A stretch of DNA of 63,940 nt, filler included, from Craspedostauros australis (GCA_030167865.1; 13 parts of 13 records of this genome joined end to end with filler, not necessarily neighbours in it), one strand, 5' to 3'. Counted from the first letter of the whole stretch, positions 1-12,780 are shown. Notes: a model not told the origin generated them from the sequence alone. Translations and numbers: made by a program.

Positions 1-558
1 ATCACCACCATCATCGCCTCCATCACATGGCAGCTGGTTGCATCCGTCTTCCCAATCGCCTTCCTTTCCAACCCAATCGTCTACATCTTCCTCCAGTTCT
101 GTCTGTTGTTGGAAGCCACNGGTATCTGCTCCGGAGCCTGGGTNCTNGCNTCCATNCACAAGGCCGTCTCTGGCTTCCAGCTCGATGAGGTGTACATTGG
201 CACCCCAGAGGAGCGCGCCGCCGGCATGAAACCAGACCACCAGAGCAACCGCAACATGCATTTGGGAACCAACGTGCTTGTCGGTGAGGCCGGTTCCTCC
301 GCCGTCCCACGCGAGTACCTCGAGCTCCAGAAGGCCCTCGCCGCACAGAGCGAGTCGTACTCCGTCCGTCGCGAGCGCGTCCTGTCCAACATCAAGAGCC
401 TCCGCGAAGAGATCAACGCCTGCAGCAACGAGGAAGACGCCGCCGTTTTCGAGTCTGCCCTTCGCATGGAGACTGCTGCCATGAACAAGCTGAACCAGGA
501 CGAGGAGAACGAGAGCTCCGAGGCTGATGCCGATGAGGAGATGGGTGTGCAGAAGTAA
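1..558 (+). CDS. SIT: Silicon (silicic acid) transporter SIT, 3' part (5' end outside window)
   Basis: Frame 1 from base 1 reads ITTIIASITWQLVASVFPIAFLSNPIVYIFLQFCLLLEATGICSGAWVLASIHKAVSGFQLDEVYIGTPEER, matching the last TM helices of diatom SITs. It is followed by a coiled-coil-like acidic tail (RERVLSNIKSLREEI...). Stop TAA at 556-558. Confidence 0.93.
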   Translation: MTTIIASITWQLVASVFPIAFLSNPIVYIFLQFCLLLEAXGICSGAWXXXSXHKAVSGFQLDEVYIGTPEERAAGMKPDHQSNRNMHLGTNVLVGEAGSSAVPREYLELQKALAAQSESYSVRRERVLSNIKSLREEINACSNEEDAAVFESALRMETAAMNKLNQDEENESSEADADEEMGVQK

Positions 559-1649
559 GCACGTTGACGCTTGGCGCATCGAGGCGCAACCACAATGCGC
601 CACAACAACACACCAACTCATCAACACACACATACGCATCAGGCCCCGGCGGCATTGTGAGATTTATCGTGAATCTCAGACCATGGCGCCACTTTCCTCC
701 AAACAAACCAACTTTTTCAAAAGGCACGCCCATCTCACCAAAGGGTGAGGAACCCCACATCCAGATCTCGCTCAATCAAATGAGATGCGAAGCACGCATG
801 TCATAACAGCATGCTTATTCTGCACGTAACATTAACGACATCCATCAACGAATTTCAACGAACACAATCAACAGTTCCACGAGTACTGTGTCAGAGTATT
901 ATAGTGCGGAGATTACGATGCCGATGTCTGATGCAATCTGTGCCATTGCCGGGCCTCTCCTCAACCTCAACATGTTCCTGCGATACAAATCCATGCACTG
1001 ACCAAACTTGTCTCGAAAAAGTCGGACATAGCCGTAGTTGTACCAACAACTTCGGACGTTAAGTCACGAGTTTGAGTAACTCGGACGAGTACTCGTAAGT
1101 ACATCAACACAACTACTTGTATCTATCGTGGACAAAAAAGGACAGAAAAGCAAATAGAAGAGTGCATGGCAGATTCGTCCCATAAAATACTTGGGTTCGT
1201 TGTCAACATCAGCCGCATCAACATCGCATACGGTACTATGCTCCATTGACGAGCGACTCGCTGCGAGCACAAGCAACGATGTTCCTGGATTCATCGTATC
1301 CTCGTACAGCCGCGCGTCGTTCCCCAGAGGTATCAGGAGAGTAATGCCACAGCCAAACGCTCAACGTTTCCTCGGTCGTAGCAGTTCCCGCAACGCGAAC
1401 AGCAACAACGGAGATGTTGGCGATGAAGGCGTCGACAGCTCAGATGCCGGAATCGCAACGAAGGGTCTTCTGATTGCATTGAAGATGGAGATCCCCAGAC
1501 TGTCAGACGTAGCAAGCGGCAGAAACCAAAACGTGGTGTTTGGCCAAGCATAAATACGATGAGACCCTTCTGTGCAATACATGCAACTATTGGCATCTGG
1601 ACCCTTACCAAGTATAATATTTGTTTGAAGACTTCATAGCGAATATGGA

Positions 1650-2206
1650 GGATGGCAGCTGGGTGATGCGCTACGCACTGCGCAATGCATGCTACGGAGG
1701 TCAACTTGATCGATTCACATGGAGTTGATGTGAACGCTCAAAGCGAATCTAGCGTGTCTGCTCTCCAATCCGCATGCCACGATAACGACACACGTACTGT
1801 GAAGTTCTGGCAGATGTCGGATGACACGGACATCAACGGTGAAGACCACTACGGTCACCTTCCATCTCACATCGCATGTTTTTGCAAGTCTGAAGATGTC
1901 ACGAAGTACTTCATGGAGTCACACGATGTCGGCATCAACATTCAAAACAAGTAGCGGTGACACTGTGCTCCATCTCGCACTCACCGAACCTGATGATGTC
2001 GATGCCGAGCAGTTTGAAGTATTTGCTCGGATCGTGCGGAACGGATCCCAGCATGACCAATAAATGTGGCATGACCGCATTTGAGTGTATTGATGGTGAT
2101 TTTGATGACTGACTACAGTGCCAACGATTGGTGATACGAAACCGAGAGGTTTACACGTATGCTTCCATTTTCTATGACGAATTGATCAGGCAGAGGGCAA
2201 AGGGTC
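1650..2206 (+). pseudogene. Degenerate ankyrin-repeat gene fragment
   Basis: Ankyrin-like motifs (ALRNACYGG, GVDVNAQSESSVSALQSAC, DINGEDHYGHLPSHIAC, INIQNK / SGDTVLHLAL) are split over different frames, with a frameshift and stop near 1950. Runs into the contig end. Confidence 0.65.
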
Positions 2207-2306
2207 NNNNNNNNNNNNNNNNNNNNNNNNNNNNNNNNNNNNNNNNNNNNTTAATTAATTAANNNNNNNNNNNNNNNNNNNNNNNNNNNNNNNNNNNNNN
2301 NNNNNN
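2207..2306. other. Artificial contig-join spacer (N44-TTAATTAATTAA-N44). Identical spacers at 5118-5217, 6470-6569, 8001-8100, 33208-33307, 34758-34857, 36271-36370, 48155-48254, 50323-50422, 58196-58295, 60387-60486, 62650-62749
   Basis: The same 100-bp block occurs 12 times. TTAATTAATTAA puts stops in all six frames, a standard pseudomolecule linker. Confidence 0.97.
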
Positions 2307-5117
2307 CTTCTTGATCATCTGCCATGCTCATGCTATGGCTATATCACTGAACCGTACCATCATGGCCTCCTGCCATTCATTGCTCTTCTTGGGATCCACA
2401 TAACCCCGTCATTCGTCAATTGTGGTCGGATCCAGCATCATTGCGACATTTGCTTGCTCGGATCCCTTTCTGTTCTGTCTGTAGTTCAATGCTTGATTCG
2501 CAGTGATGAAGTCACCCAAGCTCATCTTCTCATGAGTGGTGTCAATCGTCATGCCTGCGATATCTCTGTTGAATGTTGACCCTTCTGTGTGAAAGTTGGG
2601 TCCTCCTGTCGCCGGTAGTGTGGTAGTCATCTCTCGAGTGGTCTCATACCCCTCATCATTCTCTGATTCTGATTCTTCACTTGATCCAAGTTCTCGCTCC
2701 TCCTTCGGAATGGGCATATCGTAGTATCCCTCGAGAGCACTCAGCATCTTTGGCATGTGCACGACAGGTTCTGCGATTGGGACTGTGTTTGGTGCGTCCT
2801 CGATCAAATCGTCTTGTCCCGTCTCATCGTCCCTTCCGGATTCATCGTCGTCGTCATCGTACGATTCATTGTCCCCTTGGGTAGGGAGCACGTCATCTTG
2901 CCCTCGAGCAGCGTCTTCTGTATCTGTATCGTCTCCGGCTCTTCTGCTCTATCAGCGTCGTCGGTCTCCATGCTACGGATGGTATCCGCACGTCGCTCCC
3001 AAGTTGCTCGTCTATCTGGGGAAATCATCCCCGATATCGAGTCGTCATCTCCCAGGTCTGTCAGTACTGACCTGCTGGCATTCTCAATACTCTCGAATTG
3101 CCCGCATGGCGTATCCATCCATGTCTCGTTCATCATGAGTAGGGTCCTGGTCATCACCAGGTTCACTCGTGCGGTCCATACCGCTTGCATGCGACTCCTG
3201 TGTCCAATCAGCGTCTGTTGGATTGGAGTGAGGTTGTTCTCCAGCATGTCGTTGATTGCGTACACATTGCGAGCCACGTCGAGTGCGCTCCGCACGCCAA
3301 TCTCATGCATCATGTGGTGCAACCCGCGTGGGTGCACTCATTTGCACAGTCGACTCTCGAATTCGTTGATCGCGTCGTCGTAGATCATCGAAAGTTCGAA
3401 GCGCTCATAGTTGGCAGACGTCATGCTGCTCAACGAGTATCGAACCAAGAGGCAGATCGGACCTGCATCCACAAGCGGTCCTTTGTGCTCCTCATCACTC
3501 GTTTCGCCTTCGTTGTAGTTGGCGTTGCCATCTTCCTCTTCATTCTCGGATGAAAAGGGTTGTCTGTTGATCAACTCCATCGTGATCGTCCGTAGGCTCG
3601 TAGTAGCTATACACTCCTGGAGTGTACTCGGCTATCTCCTCTCTGGTCCACTCGTAGTCATTGACTGGTGTTCCACTGTCGAAGTCGGAAACCCCATCAT
3701 TGTTGATTGTTACGAGTGCCATGTTGTTCGTGATCGCGTTGTCGTCGCGCATCATCGTGTAGTTTCACATGGTCACATTTTGGTCGTTGTTCGCGATTTC
3801 GGTGATGGCCACGAATTTCGCGTTGGTCACAATTTTGATGCCGACCACATTTTCGTTGATGGGCATGGACATCAGCTCGTCGGTTGTGATGGGAGCGATG
3901 TCATCCATCCCGTCCATCCCGTCTGTCGCGACCTTGGCCGACCAAGCTTCCTTCATCTCACTATCGTGGGCATCGCGGTTAGGACGTCTGCTCCTGAACC
4001 GACCGATCCGTTGTCAGTGTCATCTATCTCTCTCACTCTCTCAATGCCGTTGCCTCGTGCGCACTTATAACCGTGTTTGATACGGTGGCGGTTGTAGATG
4101 AGGCTCATGGCTCTGCGGGTGTCTTGAATCATCGTCTTCTCCGATGGCGAGGACACCTCTTGTTCCTCGTCTTTCGTATTGAGCCTGGGATCGAAGCGCG
4201 GAAGGACCTCCCGTCCAGCCTGTTCCAGCGCTTTCCCTTCTCGTCGAAGCACACACTTCCTGTGTTGCTGTTCTCGTTGTTGTTGCCAATTCATGGCTGG
4301 CAGATTGCATTCTTACCTCCTCGATCATCTCACAGTAGGAATCGCAGCCAGCACTCGAGCATGTATCACTCGATGGCAGTCGGTGCCACGTGATCATCTC
4401 GATGCTTTCCATTGCTGCTCCTCGCGTCACTCTTGATGTGTTCGCGATCATGGGCCATGCCCATTCCTGCATAGATCTTGATCGTCCTTCATCTTGTCAT
4501 CCCTGCCTGCATGCTCATGGTCGATTACGTCGCGCGTGCCATGTGCACAGGCGCGCAGCATCAGCGACCAGTTTTGCTCCTCATTCATTCTCGGCTTCCA
4601 TATCGACCGAGTGCTGATGAGGCAGCTCCATTCTTGCAGGGTAGGTTGGAAGCTCTCATTGCTTCCTCAATTGCATCTCGTTGAGCTCCGTCAGCTGTCT
4701 CGCCCTCATGGCGCAATCTGCTGAATCCGATGCATCCGAGAGCCTGGTCTGCTGCGTCCGAATCTCTTCTTGCGTACAGCTCGCTCTCGTACTCCAACAC
4801 AGCCGTGAAGGTCTCCATGCCTTCCTCGACTTCATGGTCCCATGACCATGGACAGTTCTTCCAATGCGCGCGTTCCGAGCGCCTCCTTGCTTCCAGCAAT
4901 ACATGTAGTGTCTGTACTTGCCTCAGCTGCGGTCTCCACTCTGCTGGTGGACTCGCGGTGGTGCTCGATTCGATCATCATCATCGTCTCGATATCGTTGT
5001 TCGTGTGGGGGTTGCCATGCCGTTCTTGGCGTTCATTGGCAAGGAGCATCATGCTCCAGAGCGGCTTGCTCTCCTCTCTCTTCACACAGGGGATCATTAC
5101 TCGCGATGGTCTTGAGT
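2307..5117 (-). mobile_element. Degenerate retroelement-like polyprotein remnant (probable Ty1/copia region leading into RT)
   Basis: Fragmented minus-strand ORFs with an acidic linker end in ANVAMMLDPTTIDE...DPKKSNEWQEAM...AWQMIKK, resembling the start of copia RT (P.T..EA...W.EAM..E......W). Many stops and frameshifts. Confidence 0.5.
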
Positions 5118-5927
5118 NNNNNNNNNNNNNNNNNNNNNNNNNNNNNNNNNNNNNNNNNNNNTTAATTAATTAANNNNNNNNNNNNNNNNNNNNNNNNNNN
5201 NNNNNNNNNNNNNNNNNGGCCATCGGCGCGCAACAAGTGCCCATTCCCACACGGTTCTACTCTTTTCACATGTATCGGCGAGGGGGACGCACCCACGTTT
5301 CCCGGAAGCGGCCGGGATGTGTGCGAGCGGCCACCAAACTCGAGGTCTCCGAACACGGGCGCTGGCGACGACAGCGCGCTAACGAGGATATGCCTACGGC
5401 NNNNNNNNNNNNNNNNNNNNNNNNNNNNNNNNNNNNNNNNNNNNNNNNNNNNNNNNNNNNNNNNNNNNNNNNNNNNNNNNNNNNNNNNNNNNNNNNNNNN
5501 NNNNNNNNNNNNNNNGGGGGGGGAGCCCTCTTTTTCGCCACCTGTGACAAAAAACAGGGGGCACCGAGAGGAAGATACTCTCCCTCTGCCAGGGGGGATT
5601 CCAGCGCTCTCCCTCCAACCATGATCGAATCAGTCAACACCAACGCAAACAGCCGAGGCAGAGACCAGGGACACCCGGCAAAAAGCAACGGAAACGAAAA
5701 TCGACTAGTACGACTAATTCGACACCCAAGAACGATTTTGTCAACCAGACACGAGAAAGCCACATGCGACGTTTTGACATCGATGAAGAACAAGTCTTCC
5801 TTCGAAGAACTTATGGAGGCATCCTGTTGGTCCTACTTCGGATAAACACAGCGAGGCAACAATGCAGCTCGCCGGCTTGATCGAGTCCCGTCAGTTAAGA
5901 AACCATACAGTTCGACATTCTAAATAA

Positions 5928-6132
5928 TTCTAATGACGGCTATTAAATTCTAATGACGGCTATTTGAATCGAGTGACGGCTATTTAAATCAAATGACGGC
6001 TATTTAAGTCGAGTCGCGGCTATTTGAATCGAATGACGGCTATTTCAATCAAATGACGGCTATTTAAGTCGAGTCGCGGCTATTTGAATCGAATGACGGC
6101 TATTTAAGTCAAGTCGCGGCTATTTAAATCGC
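5928..6132. repeat. 20-bp tandem repeat, 10 copies (core CGGCTATTT), with a partial 60-bp higher-order period
   Basis: CGGC recurs exactly every 20 bp at 5937, 5957 ... 6117. Unit consensus about ATCGAATGACGGCTATTTAA, with variant units GTCGAGTCGC / ATCGAATGAC / ATCAAATGAC cycling. Confidence 0.95.
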
Positions 6133-6569
6133 ATTGTTTTCTACTCGTGATTCAAGTTGACAAGTTGGGAAATTGATCAAACCAGGTAAGTGCGCCTGGT
6201 CTCCCAACGAAACCACAAATTGATGGCTCTTCGCTGCTCTGTTCTGCTCTCAAAGAATCACAACAGAGACGGGNGTGCGTTTGGAGTGTTGTCGTCACCG
6301 TTCAAATTTCATTGCTATCTTATAAATGTGAAGCCTTGCCAAGTCGAAAAATTGACTGTTAGGGAAGCCAATGCAAGATGGACTCGACACCTTCATCGCA
6401 GCGTTGAACTTCGCATGAGTGTTGATGAGCGTTGACCGATTGCCAAGGTTGAGCTTCCTGTGTTGCTTGNNNNNNNNNNNNNNNNNNNNNNNNNNNNNNN
6501 NNNNNNNNNNNNNTTAATTAATTAANNNNNNNNNNNNNNNNNNNNNNNNNNNNNNNNNNNNNNNNNNNN

Positions 6570-7870
6570 GAGGGCGGTGATCTCCTTCGACATGCGCTCG
6601 CTGATTCCTGGGAACATGGTGGTTCCTCCAGAAAGGACGATGTTGGCGTACAGGTCCTTGCGGATATCGACATCGCACTTCATGATGGTCTGGAAGGTGG
6701 AGTCGCCAACACCGTCCATTTCGAGACCAGTCAAGTTAGGCTGGAACAGGACCTCTGGGCAACGGAAGCGCTCGTTTCCAATCACGATGATGTTACCATC
6801 TGGAAGCTCGAAAGACTTCTCAAGAGCAGAAGACTCAGCGGCCTTCTTCATCTCCTCCTCGAAGTCGACGGCGACGAAGCAGAGACTCTCCTTGATGTCA
6901 CGGACGATTTCGCGCTCGGCGGTGGTTGTCAGCGAGTAACCACGCTCTGTGAGGATCTTCATCAGGTACTCGGTCAGGTCACGTCCGGCCAAATCGAGAC
7001 GGATGACGGCGTGTGGAAGAGCGTATCCCTCATAGATTGGGACGGTGTGTGTCACACCATCACCGGAGTCCAGCACGCATCCGGTGGTACGTCCGGAGGC
7101 GTACAGGGAGAGGACGGCTTGGATGTTGACGTACATGGCCGGGACGTTGAAGGTCTCGAACATGATCTGGGTCATACGCTCGCGGTTGGCCTTGGGGTTC
7201 TGTGGGGCCTCGGTGAGCAGGACTGGGTGGGCCTCTGGGGCGACACGGAGCTCGTTGTAGAAGGTGTGATGCCAGATCTTCTCCATATCGTCCCAGTTGG
7301 TGACGATNCCGTGCTCGATTGGGTACTTCAGTGTGAGGACACCACGCTTGGCCTGTGCCTCGTCACCGACGTATGCGTCACGCTGCTCCATACCGACCAT
7401 GATACCTGGCTGGCGGGCACGTCCGATGAGGGATGGGAAGACGGAGCGTGGGGCGTCATCTCCAGCGAATCCGGCTGTTGTGTGGTTGTCGTGTGGTGGA
7501 CCAAGAAAGTGGAATTGGAGTTAGACACATGATGGCTGGCGATGGTACGACGATGTTATGACAGAGTACCCCTGCGTGCACACTCCGCCAGCGCATCCAC
7601 CATGCGCATGCTGACCATCGATGATCCTTCGCGTCTCATTTCAGCAATGCCGCCAATGCCACCGATCAAGAAGATCGCAACCGTGGCGGTCGATCGATCG
7701 ATCGTCCGATCATTGTTGCTGTTGTCATTGCCGTGTTTGAATCCAACCCAATTCAAAACGATACAATCCATTGTGATGCCATGCGATGTGCTGCTCGATG
7801 ACGCCTTACCTTTGCACATTCCGGAACCGTTGTCGATGACAAGGGCGGCGATATCTTCATCGTCAGACAT
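6570..7870 (-). CDS. ACT: Actin (3' end lost in gap); exons 7870-7810 and 7474-6570
   Basis: [39 protein letters not shown]...[21 protein letters not shown]...[25 protein letters not shown] intron 7809-7475 (335 bp, phase 1). Confidence 0.97.
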
Positions 7871-9163
7871 GGTGGCGAGTCGTTTGTTTGGTGGTGGAGG
7901 AGGTGGGTGTTGGTTTGAATCGAACCGGGATGGGGGTTTGTGGGAGGAAGGGATGCGGTCGATGTCCCAACGCAGCCAAAGCACGGTGGTTGTGTGTCTG
8001 NNNNNNNNNNNNNNNNNNNNNNNNNNNNNNNNNNNNNNNNNNNNTTAATTAATTAANNNNNNNNNNNNNNNNNNNNNNNNNNNNNNNNNNNNNNNNNNNN
8101 AAGAGTTGACTTCAGTCGTGATTGATAATTTTGGGAGGTGCGGCAATCATGGGTATCTTGACAAAGTCGTACCCTCGATTCCTATCAGACAACAGTACGA
8201 ACAAAAGCAAAACAAACACCAAAAAACAACGAAAACAACAGAAACAGAAACACAAAGGAGAGAGCTAACTAAGTACTCAATAGTAGTAGAAACAAACAAA
8301 GTACCATGATGGGTGCAAACCACATGTTTAAGTCTAATAAAGTTCCTAGTCTTGCCAATTCCGACATAAAAAGTAAACTTTTCTCCTTTTCCGACAACTC
8401 CCGTTGATGTTTCGCTTGTTGCGCTTCGTCGTGCTTCTTTCTCCACGCAGGCTCCGTTTCAGTGGAACTCAGCGGAAGCGAAGCTGTGTTGCCAATGCGA
8501 ACCCAAAAGCGGTGGCGAATGTGGCACTTGAGCCAAATTTGTCAGCAAATTCCTCACCACGGACATGGCACCACACACGCATCAAACCGCCTCTCAGCCT
8601 CCTCTCTCGCGCGCATCTCATCCGAGCAACATCATCGAACCACTGGATGAAGCATTGTTCGAAGACACCCATCAAGCTGAAGCATTTCGCGTTGCTAAGA
8701 CAGCAAGCGAGGCAGCATCCAGGTTCAAAGCAACCGGTACAACGGTGAAGTTGATTTGAGTACTCCTGCGTGATGGTGGCTTGGGTCAAAACCAAATGGA
8801 TTTTGCGGTCACTTGACGCGACGTGGATGACTGTTGCAAAACCAACAAGATCGTCACCGACCCTCGATGGGAAGGATCGTTGCCTGTGCGTCTCGGGGTC
8901 TCTTTTGTGCACCATCTTGCAACCAGAGGCACCATGACGTTCACTACGATGGGGATTGTTGTTAGATGATGGGAAGCATGATGGTGGTAGGTATCTGCCC
9001 ACAGCCGGTTTTCGGCCTTGCCGAGAGCGCACAAGCAGAATTACTGGAGTCAAAGTTGTGCAACATTATTCCTTTATTCTGCACAGTCGAACAGAGTAGA
9101 GTAGCTCGTAGATTGGTATGATATGATATGGTATGCTGCCATGACAGGTGTCGTACTCTCTCC

Positions 9164-10633
9164 TCACCCAACGAATCCACAGCACCGTTGCCACTGATCA
9201 ACCTGGATCTTCACAGCATCTATCATCGGACGTGCAGGTGCACACAACAACTTCGAGCGGATACCTTCGTCCTTTAATGTGCCTTTGACGGGAAGGGTTT
9301 CTGCATACGGATCCTTTCCAAGGTAGACGTACGAGTGATTCACGCCGGACAGTGCTGCCAGCGTACCGAAGTATTCGTTCCAGTCGTAGGAAAACGGAAA
9401 CACCTCTATCACTGAGCTGCAACGAGGCATGAATAGGATTGACGTCAGTTGCGCACCGTGCGGCGACAACAGAATATCGATGTTGGAGAACACCTCTATC
9501 TGTTCTCGCAATGTCATGTTGGCGAGAAACACGACCGGCGGTCTGTATGGAAGGTATAGTTCATCCTGCAACATCATGGAGACATTGTGTGCCCCCTTCA
9601 ACCGCCTCCTACCCATGCGATTGATGATTACGATACGCGGCGTGCGAAGTTGATGGGCACTTGGGCTGTCGCTTCTCTCTGAATCATCATTGTTTGTAGA
9701 TCCTGCAAGTGACGCGTTGCGCCCATCGGATGATGAAGGCATTCCACATGACCTTGGTTTGTTTTCATCCATGCCCAGCACCGACAAGAAACTTCGCCGC
9801 AGATGTTGCAGATCATCTTTGTTGACCACTCGAAAGCCACTTGATAGAGTCATGTTTGCACGCGCAATGATGAGAGGGCTGTCTACACCAGCGGCTTTTT
9901 CCAGTAATACGCCTTTCTTCCTGCGTTTGATGCTGATTTTGTTTGCACGCAACAGATCCAAGATCCCCAGATTGTATGCGGATGAAGCGCTGTGCTTTCT
10001 GGATCCTCCGCCAACAGCCAAGACGCGCTGAGCGTCCGGGAAGCGCAGCCACAACGACCAGCATGCTACGAGAGTTTGCATCAAATGTGGGAAGTGCCAA
10101 TAGTAGCTCACGCCACCTACGACGCATGCAACAGTCTCGATTCGTGTGTGGGGAGACTGTCCATTCGTCGTGCTTGGAAGGTTTGTCGGATTGGCTTCAT
10201 TTGTGATGCCGCCAACTTGATCCCATGCTTTAGCAAGATTGCCGTTCTGGACGCGTATGGTTTCGTCTAAACTGTATGATGTGGGATAGTGAGATATGTT
10301 GAAGACGTGCGGCATCGAAGTGTCGAGGATGTTGCACTCATCAGGTTCAAAGGGATCAGCTGGCCATCGCAGCATGGAGGCAGGAAAGTCCGTGATGTTG
10401 TTGGCCCATCGGTATGGATGTGAATCATCTCCAGTTGCCTTGGTGGGAAAGTCGATAGCATCTCTCTCCAGATCATCGAGAAATTGAAAAGATACCACTG
10501 CAAGTGAAGACAAGTTCCATTTCGTCAATGCGATTGTGATGCCGGTGGTGAACGCGATAACTCGCTTGTTGTTCACGATGCGAGATGCTGAAGCTTTCGT
10601 GGCCGGAGGTGTGGTGGTCGTTGACTTGGGCAT
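9164..10633 (-). CDS. Glycosyltransferase family 61 (DUF563) type II membrane protein, 489 aa
   Basis: N-terminal hydrophobic anchor. YYWHFPH motif. C-terminal IVIINR...LREQIEVFSNIDILLSPHGAQLTSILFMPRCSSVIEVFP is typical of GT61. Confidence 0.85.
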   Translation of the reverse strand: MPKSTTTTPPATKASASRIVNNKRVIAFTTGITIALTKWNLSSLAVVSFQFLDDLERDAIDFPTKATGDDSHPYRWANNITDFPASMLRWPADPFEPDECNILDTSMPHVFNISHYPTSYSLDETIRVQNGNLAKAWDQVGGITNEANPTNLPSTTNGQSPHTRIETVACVVGGVSYYWHFPHLMQTLVACWSLWLRFPDAQRVLAVGGGSRKHSASSAYNLGILDLLRANKISIKRRKKGVLLEKAAGVDSPLIIARANMTLSSGFRVVNKDDLQHLRRSFLSVLGMDENKPRSCGMPSSSDGRNASLAGSTNNDDSERSDSPSAHQLRTPRIVIINRMGRRRLKGAHNVSMMLQDELYLPYRPPVVFLANMTLREQIEVFSNIDILLSPHGAQLTSILFMPRCSSVIEVFPFSYDWNEYFGTLAALSGVNHSYVYLGKDPYAETLPVKGTLKDEGIRSKLLCAPARPMIDAVKIQVDQWQRCCGFVG

Positions 10634-11946
10634 GGTGTTGAGAAGGTGCTTGAGTTGTGGTTGTGGACTTTTTTGGCTCGAGGTCGTACACCAGCAACAG
10701 CCACTGTGCGTACTCTCTCTGGAGTATGCCAGGTGCGTGATGTGAATTGGTGGAGTGTCGCGAGGCTCTGCACTGATAACGCTGCGTGTGAGTGACTCGT
10801 CGTTGCTTGCTGAGAATTATGAGAACATGTGCATGGGTTCGAGGTGTCCGAAACTTGGCACTTGACTGTGGCTCGCTCAGGAGTCATTTGCATTCTCGTC
10901 CCGTTCAATCCAACTTCGCCGAATGGGTGTTTTGGACGACACACAACTTGTGTCTCGTGCCCAATTTCCGGTTTTTTGGCACTTTTTGGTAATTAATGGT
11001 ATTTTTTGGTGACGATTGGTGTGCAGATTTAGCGCCAATTCCTGAATCTGGTCATTTCTTGACGAGACATGTCGACGGACAGACGGCGCCGCACAAACAA
11101 CGAGTAGGATACACATCGAGCAAATGACCGCCCTGTACGGTCATAATTCTAGTCAAAACAGATAAGTGAGGGGTTCGAGTGGCCCCAGAACTTGGGTACT
11201 GAGACACACCAGGATGACTCGATGCCAGGGGGAGCCCCGCAATAGAGACTGGTCTGGGCACAATGGAGACAGTCACTGTCGTGAGGATTAGGGCCTTTCC
11301 AATGCCCATGTGGCGTCACGATTCGCTTTCTTCCTTTCTTGTCTCCCACACTGTTTCGTCAAACTGTTTGTTTCCTCATGGTACCAACATTGGTTTTCGC
11401 ATTTTTGCCCAATCTGAACAAAAACGGTTGATTCGACTGTCCAGATCTCTCTCTCTCTTTTTGTATCTTGTGTGTGCCAATCAACTAATGATTCTTGTCT
11501 CTTCTTGTTGCTTTCCGCCCAAACAGCAGCCACTGTTCAAAAATAAGGGCAATAATGCCAAAAATTGAGTACTTTGATACATGATCTACTCGCGTTGTTG
11601 GCAACGAGGAGGAGCGTTGGTTTCTTGTGTGTGGCAATCCACTCTCTACTCTGAACACAACCATTCAGAAACTCGTTGACAAGACAACCAATTGACACTG
11701 CCTCCTCCCTCCCTCCCTTCCAACTCAACTTCATCCGTGGAGCAATTGTGTAGCTCATGCAGCAGTGGGATCGAGAGTGAAAGAAGAAGCATGTCATGCC
11801 AAGAACCCAGGCCATGCCAACAAACAATCCCCAACAACAAATAGACTTGAACACAACAGTCCCCCACCCTCTCATACTCAGCTGTGCCATACTTGGAATT
11901 CAACAAACACCCATCCATCTGTCCATCCCTGCCACACCAATGTGCC

Positions 11947-12745
11947 TGTAGAGATATCATTGACACCTGTGTTGAGATGTACATTCATGTATGTGCATCG
12001 TTCACCCATTATTCTCATATACTCATGTATGGACGGTACAACTACATTTGTGTTGATAGTGAACTGTGATTTGCCAAAATCACGTCACGAAATGGGACAC
12101 ACAAAAACGAACAGAATTTCTGGAGGAAATCTGTAAACAAGGATTTCTGAGAGTATCAGGAACATCGTCTGTCCATCCATCAACAAAACATGTGATATCG
12201 AGTCAGGCTTGATATACGTCTCAACTAAACCTCAAATGACGATACTCTCACTGACCCATTGCATCATCGATGGAATGTGGACTGACAAGGACCGTGGAAT
12301 CCAACAGCTGATGACAACAAAATGTCTTTGTGTCACCACATTGGCATCTGTCTCCACATCAGATCCAGAAGGCGAAGATTCGATGACCAAGGGACATCAA
12401 GATCATAAGTATGCAAGGAGGAATACAGTGTGGGAGTATTGGCAATTACTTGTGGAGTAGTGAGCCAGTAGATCACAAAATGCGGAGTATGCATCAAATA
12501 CGGAATATCGCGTGGTGTGAACATGCCATACCAAGAGAGAGAGAGAGAACACAAGCAAGAGCATGAGAGTATCTTGCATACCGACTCATAGTCGGACCAT
12601 CGAACAGACATGTCAAGAGCATTGGGCAAGAGAACGAAGACACCAAGAGGATTGGAATCCTAACGTAATGAAATAGCAAACGAACGACTATCAACCAATA
12701 CCATCTTCCACGATTGTAGGCTTCCAATCATGGAACTTGCCAACA
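11947..12745 (+). mobile_element. LTR family A, copy 1 (solo-like)
   Basis: TG...TTGCCAACA termini, internal (GA)n tract. Homologous to 12781-13581 (inverted), 39636-40451, 36180-36270 and, more distantly, to the LTR after the copia PPT at 34462. Confidence 0.8.
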
Positions 12746-12780
12746 TGTTTATTAACAATAGATCAGGACAAGCCTGCGGA

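Noticed and set aside
2251..2262. Recurrent TTAATTAATTAA motif (PacI / piggyBac-like TTAA)
   Set aside because: Always centred in an identical N44...N44 block. It is an assembly linker with six-frame stops, and the ORFs ending in 'LIN' are artefacts of it.
5928..6132. CRISPR array or telomeric repeat
   Set aside because: The period is only 20 bp, the variable parts are mutually related and reused, there are no cas genes, the context is eukaryotic, and it is not TTAGGG-like.
8404..9053. Coding-like fragments on both strands
   Set aside because: Short and interrupted, with no family I can support.
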